A stretch of 64,000 bases of DNA, taken from positions 1 to 64,000 of IMG/VR virus record IMGVR_UViG_3300011471_000001. One strand, given 5' to 3'. This DNA comes from an uncultured virus (IMG/VR IMGVR_UViG_3300011471_000001) (Duplodnaviria > Heunggongvirae > Uroviricota > Caudoviricetes). The translations under genes were made by a program, and so were the position numbers. The notes below the pieces were generated by a model. The model saw only the letters and a list, made by a program, of their open reading frames with translations. It made no database searches and had not been told where the DNA came from. Numbering within the stretch: the first letter of the stretch is position 1; every line of letters starts with the position of its first letter. This document shows, one piece after another, positions 38,643-46,469 of this stretch.

Positions 38643-38694
38643 GAAATGCTCCCTGTGCTTTGAGATGCGTCACAACGGGAGCTTCCAATCTCCG

Positions 38695-38778
38695 GGTGGT
38701 GACGTTGACAGGGTTGGAACTACCGGTGCACAAGAAAACCGGCCTACCCGAAGGTAGTCCCACCAACGCCACCATTGA
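38695..38778 (-). ncRNA. C4-type antisense RNA (immI-like), boundaries approximate
   Basis: Segments TTCTTGTGC and GTTCCAAC are complementary to a1/b1 upstream and a2/b2 downstream; overlapping Ash-type reading frame (GRPVF..GSSNPVNVTT). Confidence 0.7.
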
Positions 38779-38978
38779 TACGCCCTGATTCATCCGGACG
38801 TGGTAGCGCCGAAGGCACTATGTGCCCGTTCTTATGCTTTGGGACGGTTCCAATCCTGACCGCTTAACTCATGCGGCGCGCACACTAAAGCCCCCATGCT
38901 GATAAATTCAATATGTCTTATGTGAAATTATACACTGGTCATTAGATCCAGATGCGACTGAAGAATCGCTAACCTCAT

Positions 38979-38999
38979 AAATTACAACCTTTCTACCAT
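38979..38999 (+). promoter_or_regulatory. Late promoter upstream of pro (AAATTACAACCTTTCTACCAT)
   Basis: Same spacing as the other late motif copies. Confidence 0.65.
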
Positions 39000-39069
39000 C
39001 CCTTCGCGCTGGTGATCACCTGCGCTGCCGCCGCTTTGCGGGGTATCCCATTGTGATTATGAGGTTTTT

Positions 39070-40071
39070 ATGAACACTCTCCGCACTGTTACGGATCGTT
39101 TTTCTCTGATTGATAAAATCCGCCGCTTCACGCCACAGAATGACCGCAATTATCTGCTGCGCTCTGTCCGCGAAACGTTCGCCAGCCCCGAAACTCTGGA
39201 GAGAATCCAGCTGGGGGAAATGTTCGGATATTACGGCCACGGACGCCGCGCCGCCTATTACGCTAAGACCGGGCGGCTCAATCTGCCGGAATTTGCGGTT
39301 GTCATGGTTGACGGGAAGCCGGTGACGCTGGAAAACGTACCGTCTAACCGTACGCTGGATGTAAGCGTGGACGATAACGGCATTGTGACTCACGTTCAGG
39401 AGATTCTGGACACTGAGCCTGGCAACATCGTTGACGGCATGAACCGTTCTCGCGCTGGTGGCTGGTCGTGGGCGACTGGCGGTGATGATAACGCCATTTC
39501 CAAAGTGACCAGCTTCCACGGCTTCGATTATGTGACCAATCCAAACTACATCAGTCAGGATCACCCTGCTCTGCTGCTGGAGTCGGCCAGCGAACGCGCT
39601 GACGCTATGCACGCAGGCCTGATTGAAAAGGGGTATTCGGAGAACCAGGCGGCCGACATTATTCAGCATTTTGAAACCCTGCGCGGCCAGGCGGCAATGC
39701 TGGAGTCTGTGGATTCTTCGCTGATGGAATCTGCGCTTCACATCGAGCATGGAAAGCGTTTGGAGCTGGAGGAACGTCTGCGCAACGCGCAGCTGATGAT
39801 CGAGAGTGCAGGTACTGTTGCAAAGGCGCGCCGCCGGATTATGAAGGATGCGCTGGCTAACATGCCGCTGTTTTTAAGTAAAGCCCAGCAGGCGGCATTA
39901 TGCCGGATGGACACGCCAGAAGATGCGCAGATTGTCGCGGCAATGCTGGAATCAATCGGCACAAATGCGACTGCCACGCTACCGATCGGAACCGCCCACC
40001 AGCACGCATTACCAGAGACGCGCCCGCCAGCCGTGGACTCAGCACCGCTGCTGTGGATTAACACACGATAA
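39070..40071 (+). CDS. pro: Head processing protease Pro
   Basis: GYYGHGRR, GGWSWA and GFDYV..PN motifs; follows prt as in P1. Confidence 0.8.
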   Translation: MNTLRTVTDRFSLIDKIRRFTPQNDRNYLLRSVRETFASPETLERIQLGEMFGYYGHGRRAAYYAKTGRLNLPEFAVVMVDGKPVTLENVPSNRTLDVSVDDNGIVTHVQEILDTEPGNIVDGMNRSRAGGWSWATGGDDNAISKVTSFHGFDYVTNPNYISQDHPALLLESASERADAMHAGLIEKGYSENQAADIIQHFETLRGQAAMLESVDSSLMESALHIEHGKRLELEERLRNAQLMIESAGTVAKARRRIMKDALANMPLFLSKAQQAALCRMDTPEDAQIVAAMLESIGTNATATLPIGTAHQHALPETRPPAVDSAPLLWINTR

Positions 40072-40434
40072 GAAGGGAAAAAGAAATCGTGCCCTGAAAC
40101 TGGGGGCACGTTTTAGTCATAACTAAAAATTAGGAAAAAACTGAGTGTTGATCCTTTGTCGGATCGCGTTTATCATCCGGCCTCAAATTCAGTTTAGCGG
40201 CTGAATGTGAAGACGAAAAAAAATCGCCTGTTAGCGCAGACGATTTTTAAACAACATTGTGTGGTTTTGCGGACCACACCGGCGTTGTGCCGTACAGCTT
40301 CTGTAGCAGGAAGTTGCTTTTAAACCACTGACTCAGGCATTGCACCTGCTGTCTCGTGGAGGACATCATCTCTTAATTCCCAGTAGCAAGGAATTAAGGC
40401 ATGCCCATGTCCCAAATATCAAGGACTCAAAAGC

Positions 40435-41325
40435 GTGTCTATAGTAGCTAAAAGCGCCGATCCCGGCAACACTTTTCCCGCATTTTGCTCAAATATCGAG
40501 CACAGATCTGTCCGAATTACAGGCTTTGATCTCACCCATATTATCGAACTTTCCCCCCTCCCGAAGTCAGTTACCCGTGTCTTAAAATTCGCCTGCAATC
40601 TGGCCGGTTCCACGTCCGATTTCATCATCATCAAATCGCTCAGGAATCTGGCCGAAGAAGCCGGTTGCAGTATCTCTACAGTTCAGCGTGCTTATCGTGC
40701 TGCAGTCAAGCTGGGGATCCTCAACTATGAAGAGCAGCGTGACGAGAAAAATCACAGCGTCAGCAAGCCCAGTAAATACACGTTTACCAGTAAAGCGCTG
40801 TCCTTTGTCCGGGCCAGCCTGGAAGCCCTGAAAGAGGCAAATCTGAAGCCGTCCGGACGCCAGACCATAGTCCGGAGAGTTATCGCTAAAGCATTCTTTA
40901 AAAACGATTTTATCCACAGCACCCCTAGTCAGAATGAACAGGCTCCCCCTGGTCAATCTGACCAACAAGAATTAAGAGATCCCTCCAGTAAAAGAGAAAT
41001 ACAAAATGGGGAGCCATTAAATTCTGTGGTTGAAAAATCATCAGAACCACAACCGGCCGCGGTGAAAAAATTCGGGCTCTACCAGAACACGCAAAAGCAG
41101 CTGGCGGCTGCATTGTCAGCAGCGCAGAACGAACGAAGCGCTGAAGAGTTTCAGCGAAAAGGCGGTGTACTGCATGAAGCCTACCAGGCGCTGAAGTCTA
41201 CCTTCAGGGCAAAGCCTGCTGGTGGCAGGAAGCCGAAAGGCCGCCGCTACTCTGACCCATTGAGCGGCAGCTTTTCGGCGGGTGTGGATTACTCAGTCAT
41301 ACCGGAAGGCTTTCGCGGTTGTTAG
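40435..41325 (+). CDS. repL: Lytic replication initiator RepL
   Basis: ACNLAGSTSDFII, LAEEAGCSISTVQRAYRAAVKLGIL, YTFT and TPSQNE..P.Q.D align with recalled P1 RepL; GTG start with AAGGA. Confidence 0.8.
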   Translation: MSIVAKSADPGNTFPAFCSNIEHRSVRITGFDLTHIIELSPLPKSVTRVLKFACNLAGSTSDFIIIKSLRNLAEEAGCSISTVQRAYRAAVKLGILNYEEQRDEKNHSVSKPSKYTFTSKALSFVRASLEALKEANLKPSGRQTIVRRVIAKAFFKNDFIHSTPSQNEQAPPGQSDQQELRDPSSKREIQNGEPLNSVVEKSSEPQPAAVKKFGLYQNTQKQLAAALSAAQNERSAEEFQRKGGVLHEAYQALKSTFRAKPAGGRKPKGRRYSDPLSGSFSAGVDYSVIPEGFRGC

Positions 41326-41813
41326 TCGGTAACAGTGCCACCAGCGTTCACATAGGCCGTCAGTAGCACTTCAATATTGTGCGTTTTCTGACCATACGGC
41401 GAACCAGTGAGCGAGGCCCAGATATCGTTAGTTTTGCCGATCGCCGTGCGGATCCGCCCAGCCAGAACGTCGGCATAAGCACCCTGCTCTTTCAGCAGCT
41501 GATCGAGTAATCGCTCCTGTGAGGCGGGACTAAAATCAGGCAGGCTCAGCTGCTTTTTGTAGGCAGGCCAGTAGCGATAAAGCTGCTGATAGCGGCCCGC
41601 TGCGGTTGATGCCAGGCCGCTGTGATTAATCTGTTTTGCCTGACGATGTGCAAACGGGTGATCGCTGAAATCGGTGAAGATTTCGCCCTGCTTTTCGCCC
41701 AGCCCGGTCACGATAACGTCATAGCCACGCATACGGGTTAACTGGTGAGTACTGGTGCCTTCGGAAAAGGCCAGCATGTCGCCAAAGGCTTTACGGTTTG
41801 GAGATTGATCCAT
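41322..41813 (-). CDS. Endolysin, lambda R-like lytic transglycosylase
   Basis: AFGDMLAFSEGT, STAAGRYQ, DFSPASQ and WASL.GSPYGQ motifs; ATG at 41813 follows a late promoter. Confidence 0.9.
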   Translation of the reverse strand: MDQSPNRKAFGDMLAFSEGTSTHQLTRMRGYDVIVTGLGEKQGEIFTDFSDHPFAHRQAKQINHSGLASTAAGRYQQLYRYWPAYKKQLSLPDFSPASQERLLDQLLKEQGAYADVLAGRIRTAIGKTNDIWASLTGSPYGQKTHNIEVLLTAYVNAGGTVTD

Positions 41814-41846
41814 GTTGGTTCCGCTCTCTTGTTGATGGTGAGACGG

Positions 41847-41867
41847 ACTGTATGGAGTTTGTAATTT
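41847..41867 (-). promoter_or_regulatory. Late promoter upstream of the endolysin
   Basis: AAATTACAAACTCCATACAGT. Confidence 0.75.
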
Positions 41868-41936
41868 GCGGTGGGAAGAAAGGCTGCATGGTGCGGCCAT
41901 TGTGTGTTAGCTCATAGCGGCCATTAAGCACCTGGA

Positions 41937-41960
41937 GTCCGCTCTGTGCCAAAAGCAGAC
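41937..41960. repeat. 24-bp imperfect palindrome GTCCGCT-N10-AGCAGAC (left cassette border)
   Basis: Related copy at 44553-44576. Confidence 0.5.
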
Positions 41961-42347
41961 GTAGTTGGCCACATGAAATGTGCGGATAGAAAGCTGTTAA
42001 AGAGGCGTTAATGCTTCAACCATAGTTTTCTATTCAATTAGAATGCTAACGATATTTTAGGCTACCAAGTTTTTATTAATCAAAGGTTGAATCATGAATT
42101 CACACGTTATTTAGCAGGAGATCTTTTTTTATGAAATATATCCACAACGCAATTGTGCCGTGCTAAAACTAATCAAGCTCCATTAATATTCCTCATAATC
42201 ACGCATAGTTTGTGATTGTTACAGAATTAAATACTGCACGTATGTTGCTGAGCGTTAAAAAAATAACTCCTTGAATCGTAGTATGTTAGCTCACATAAAA
42301 CATACCAATCCCATACGGGAATAATCTAAAATATTTGAGGTGCATCT

Positions 42348-42644
42348 ATGTCTAATGACAAAAAACCAAAAATAAATGATACTGACTCTGTCGTAATCTA
42401 TGAAGCTTCTGATGCCATAAATGACTTGAGTATAGAGGCAAATAAAATAGATGCGCCTGAGAAGTTTTGTGAAAACTACGATGATATAGTTAAGGTTTTG
42501 AATAAAGCCATAGAATGTTTAGATAAAGTACACCTACCTGTTGTAGTTAAAACCGTTCTCGCACTGATAGCTATAAGAGAACTTTTAGCAAAAATTCATT
42601 CAGGATTTTGCCCTGTAAAATCACAAGGTGAAAAAAATGAATAA
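42348..42644 (+). CDS. Hypothetical 98-aa helical protein (AT-rich cassette)
   Basis: GAGGT RBS; overlaps the next gene. Confidence 0.6.
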   Translation: MSNDKKPKINDTDSVVIYEASDAINDLSIEANKIDAPEKFCENYDDIVKVLNKAIECLDKVHLPVVVKTVLALIAIRELLAKIHSGFCPVKSQGEKNE

Positions 42645-43221
42645 AAACGGTTTTTTCAGCGGAGAAATAATAACTCATTGGTTGACAGATCAAACTCCAA
42701 ATAGAAATATGCAGTTAGTGGATGGTTATTCATATAGAGATCCTGACGAAAAAGATTGGGTTGCGCCAAAAGGTAGTATAATTAATGGTGCCAGCATTCC
42801 TCAGGCACTTTGGGACGTAGTTGGCTCTCCCTACATAGGTAACTATAGAAATGCATCGGTTATTCACGATGTAGCCTGCGACCAAGCAAAAACCAAAGAG
42901 GACCGAAAAAAAGCCGATATAATGTTTTACTACGCCTGTCTCGCAGGGAATTACCCTAAATTTCAAGCTAGGGTATTTTATGTTGCCGTCAGAATTGGTG
43001 CTTGGATTGATGCGTCAAATATGATAGTAACTGACACCACTTTCGATGAAAGTTTTTTCAAACCCGAAATCAAAACAAATAATCCTAGTGACGCCGATCT
43101 TCGTAATATATTAAAAGATATAGGCACTGCTGTTTATGACCTCCCTGATGACACAACTTCTGAAACATTGGATTCAGTTATAGACCCTAAACTTACTTTC
43201 TATATGAATTCCTATAATTAA
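42637..43221 (+). CDS. DUF1353 family protein
   Basis: W.APKG...GASIP..LW...GSP....ASVIHD..C and ADIMFY..C...Y.AVR motifs. Confidence 0.75.
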   Translation: MNKNGFFSGEIITHWLTDQTPNRNMQLVDGYSYRDPDEKDWVAPKGSIINGASIPQALWDVVGSPYIGNYRNASVIHDVACDQAKTKEDRKKADIMFYYACLAGNYPKFQARVFYVAVRIGAWIDASNMIVTDTTFDESFFKPEIKTNNPSDADLRNILKDIGTAVYDLPDDTTSETLDSVIDPKLTFYMNSYN

Positions 43222-43457
43222 TATAAATACGTGAACTTAAAATTATCAGCGACATAATTTCGCAGATATATAAATCGTCAAATAATTTATATAACGTCGC
43301 GTGCGAGTTAATTCACAGGGCATTGATAATTTCAAATAATATCATGTAGTTACATAATGCTTTAAAAAACCACAACCAGTTACCTATCTCACCCATGTTC
43401 CGAAACTGGTTATGAAGTTGTCGCGAGTAACGTGCAGCACGCATACAGGAGTCCATA

Positions 43458-44390
43458 ATGAATGCTATTTTCTATAAATTTACAAAATACAACTTTATCC
43501 TTGCAATCGTTTCATTCACTGCAATTGCAAATGGACAAAAAAATTTAGAATTAAAATGTCGTTTGAATGAGGGCGTTACACAACTAAAAGCTTCAGAAGG
43601 TTACTGTAAATTTGATTCGCAAACACAATCCTTCAAAGGAAATAGTGCAGAACAAGCCGAATGCCTGCTGAGATTTATTCCTCAAGGAAATGGCAGTCTC
43701 AAAGAATCAACGATAACTCCATTTCTAAAAAATTTAGTTGGAAAAAAAGCACCAGACCCTATAAGCTTGATGAAGTTCATCTCCAGAAGGAACATAAATG
43801 AGAACGACTTAGGTGGGTCTTTAAATACTACCATTGGAGCAAATTACTTCATCATCCACGACACTAGCTACCCTAAATGCTCGACTGCAAACAGTTACTG
43901 CCCACCTAACAATAGTTTTCCTCCTGATATGAACAGCGACTCTTGGTTATTTAATAAAACTTTCGATAATAATAGTAAAAACGCACATGTATATATCAAC
44001 CGTGTTGGGGCGTCAAAGAAGGTGCGAGATTTCTCTCAAGGAATGGAAACTACAAAATTTGAGGTCTGTACAAACCCCAAGGTTAAATCAGGCCTTTTTG
44101 TGGGAGTTGAAAATATACAACCACGTAGGGACAGCAAAAAAAACAAAGAATTTAAACCTGGTAATGGCTATGAAGGACCTACTCCAGGATTTACAGATAT
44201 ACAATATGAAAGGCTGGCACTAATCTATACGGCTGCAAGTGTGAGGCGAGCGATATGGTTGATTCCCGCCTTTCACGGCGTAATCGATCATTATTATTAT
44301 GACGGCCATGATGATCCACAAAACTTCGACACAGTCACTTTTAGCAAAAAAGTTGAAGAGATTAGGGACGAAATCATGAAAACCAATTAG
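43458..44390 (+). CDS. Secreted N-acetylmuramoyl-L-alanine amidase-like (Amidase_2/PGRP fold) protein
   Basis: Signal peptide; IIHDT, AHVYI, GVE, FH..ID and HDDP zinc-amidase-like motifs. Confidence 0.6.
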   Translation: MNAIFYKFTKYNFILAIVSFTAIANGQKNLELKCRLNEGVTQLKASEGYCKFDSQTQSFKGNSAEQAECLLRFIPQGNGSLKESTITPFLKNLVGKKAPDPISLMKFISRRNINENDLGGSLNTTIGANYFIIHDTSYPKCSTANSYCPPNNSFPPDMNSDSWLFNKTFDNNSKNAHVYINRVGASKKVRDFSQGMETTKFEVCTNPKVKSGLFVGVENIQPRRDSKKNKEFKPGNGYEGPTPGFTDIQYERLALIYTAASVRRAIWLIPAFHGVIDHYYYDGHDDPQNFDTVTFSKKVEEIRDEIMKTN

Positions 44391-44552
44391 TTATACAATA
44401 ACTACAGTCACCCACGTTTAATCTAGCTATTCTTGCGTCGTAGATAGAAAATTACTCGCAATGGTTGATGTGAGTCTGGAATATTTTATTTGTTTAAACT
44501 CGATTAAATACCGTTTCTATAGACACTTTTTTGGGAGTTATGAAGTGCAGAT

Positions 44553-44576
44553 GTCAGTTCCTCGTTCAAAGCAGAC
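44553..44576. repeat. 24-bp imperfect palindrome GTCAGTT-N10-AGCAGAC (right cassette border)
   Basis: Direct-orientation relative of 41937-41960. Confidence 0.5.
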
Positions 44577-44653
44577 GGTCAGATTTAATGATGTGCAGCC
44601 AGTTAAAACCGTCAGCTCAAGTCTGAGCTGACGCATATTAAGAACCAGTAAAA

Positions 44654-46030
44654 TTAGTTCGTTGCCTGCGCGCTAACAGACTCAAAAATGGCAAAGTTCA
44701 TGCCCTTGCCTTCACCAAATTCCTCTTCGATCTCCCCGGATACTGCCGTGAGGACGTCGGTCAGCGTCAGCTCACCGCCGCCGAACATATCCCCCAGCGC
44801 CTGCTGCTGGTGTAACAGCTCGTCGTTAATCTTCTGCGCCATCTTTTTAAACGCGGCTCCTATGCGTTTCGCACTGCGATTGTTTGCCACGATAAACAGC
44901 GCCAGCGCTTCGGCCTCTTTACTGGATTCCTCAAACAGCCCCTGCTGCGCCAGCACTTCCTGTATGGCCTGCCCGCTGTCTTTTGCCTGGCGCACCAGCT
45001 TGATAGCATCCTGCAGCGCGGCGATTGCCTGCTGATCAAGACCATCCACCGACTGCACCCCGTCCACCAGCCCGGTGACGGCCTGCCGGTGGACATCTCC
45101 GGACAGTATCTGCATCTGCGCAAACTCGCTGGCCGCCGTATTGAGTGCCGTCAGGATGTTGCGCATTTCAGGATCCGGCTCTTCAGAAACCAGCTTAACC
45201 AGGCGTTCATCCTTGTAGGCGCGGGCAAAGATCGCATTCTGCATACGGTCAATAAGCTGCTTCGTCGGGCGCCCGTCTTCGGTCAGCAGGCCTGCCGTCG
45301 CCGTGTCGCCAATCTCTTTCATGAATGCCCGGATAAAGCCGTCATTTGAGCGCGCCAGAAGGTTGCCGTCGTCGGACGGATTGAATATGGCCATCAGACG
45401 CTCATCGAGCATTTCGGCATCAACAAAGGCCTTCTCACTCGCCGCCATTTCCTGCAAATCGGAGAGATTGGAGTCTTTCGCAAACTGCGCCCGATCGACG
45501 TCAGTAATGCGCTCACGCACCAGTACCGGCATATCCATCTGCGCAATGTCTGCCGCTTTAAGGCCGTAGTCTTTTGCGTGGTCGATCAGATACTGCCGGT
45601 ACTCGTCGGCCTGTCCCTGCTCATAGGCGCGGGTGATCCCCATCGATCGGCCATTGCCCGACTCAACCACGTTATCAGCGCCTACGATTGGCGCGCCGTG
45701 GCTGCTCATGCCTGAATCAGTCAGCTTCGCCGGTCGGAGGTTGCCCGCGATTTTGGAGACCTGCACTTTGCTGGTCAGGCGCGTGCGGTCGCGTGGCTGC
45801 AGCTCAGCCGGGAAAAGCGGGTTTATGGTGCCGTCGAGGTTGTTAGAGATAATCAGGTGGCGCGCATCCACCACTTTAAACGCCGTCTTTACTTCCTGCC
45901 CTTTACCGGTCACGACGTATGACGATCGCCCCGTTGTAGTCTGCGCTTTACGCAGTGAGCCCACCAGCCCAATCAGGGCAAATATGCTGCCAGCATCGCT
46001 CAGCAGATTTCGTAATTTCTCGTTCAGCAT
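44654..46030 (-). CDS. ddrB: DdrB-like protein (ParB-like domain)
   Basis: LQPRDR, GAPIV and VESGNGR motifs; last gene of the darA operon. Confidence 0.7.
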   Translation of the reverse strand: MLNEKLRNLLSDAGSIFALIGLVGSLRKAQTTTGRSSYVVTGKGQEVKTAFKVVDARHLIISNNLDGTINPLFPAELQPRDRTRLTSKVQVSKIAGNLRPAKLTDSGMSSHGAPIVGADNVVESGNGRSMGITRAYEQGQADEYRQYLIDHAKDYGLKAADIAQMDMPVLVRERITDVDRAQFAKDSNLSDLQEMAASEKAFVDAEMLDERLMAIFNPSDDGNLLARSNDGFIRAFMKEIGDTATAGLLTEDGRPTKQLIDRMQNAIFARAYKDERLVKLVSEEPDPEMRNILTALNTAASEFAQMQILSGDVHRQAVTGLVDGVQSVDGLDQQAIAALQDAIKLVRQAKDSGQAIQEVLAQQGLFEESSKEAEALALFIVANNRSAKRIGAAFKKMAQKINDELLHQQQALGDMFGGGELTLTDVLTAVSGEIEEEFGEGKGMNFAIFESVSAQATN

Positions 46031-46073
46031 TTTGATTCCGGGAATAAAAAACCCCGCCGAAACGGGGTGATGA

Positions 46074-46469
46074 TTAAGCAGCGAGGCCGCTGGCGGCTAT
46101 CCAGCTGGCGGTCTGTTGTCTGGCGTCGTCGAGCTCCAGATAGACACCGATGTAGTCACCGACGCGGCGCAGCGTCTCGACAAAATCCAGCTGCGCCTGG
46201 CTGGTGAACTTACCGGCCAGAAAGTCAGTAACCACTTCGGGAACGGGCTGATCTTCCTTCAGGGAATCCGGCTGTGGCTCAGTGACCGGCGCGGGTGCCG
46301 GTTCGCTGGTGGCGGGTGCTGGCGCAGCGCCATAACCCAGCTGGAGCATGATCGTCTCCATCTGGTCATTGAGATCCAGTAGGTCCAGCCCCTTCACGGT
46401 CGGCGCTTTGATGATCAGCTCGTCCAGCTGGTCGGCTAAGTCCAGCTTTTGCAGTACGGTCAGGCTCAT
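46074..46469 (-). CDS. ddrA: DdrA-like protein
   Basis: Coupled downstream of darA; synteny. Confidence 0.6.
   Translation of the reverse strand: MSLTVLQKLDLADQLDELIIKAPTVKGLDLLDLNDQMETIMLQLGYGAAPAPATSEPAPAPVTEPQPDSLKEDQPVPEVVTDFLAGKFTSQAQLDFVETLRRVGDYIGVYLELDDARQQTASWIAASGLAA

Noticed and set aside
38590..38775. Ash-family protein reading frame over the C4 RNA
   Set aside because: The peptide pattern is most simply a by-product of conserved C4 RNA sequence; not called as a CDS.
41814..41900. N-terminal extension of the endolysin given in the ORF track
   Set aside because: It overlaps the late promoter; the ATG at 41813 fits the family length.
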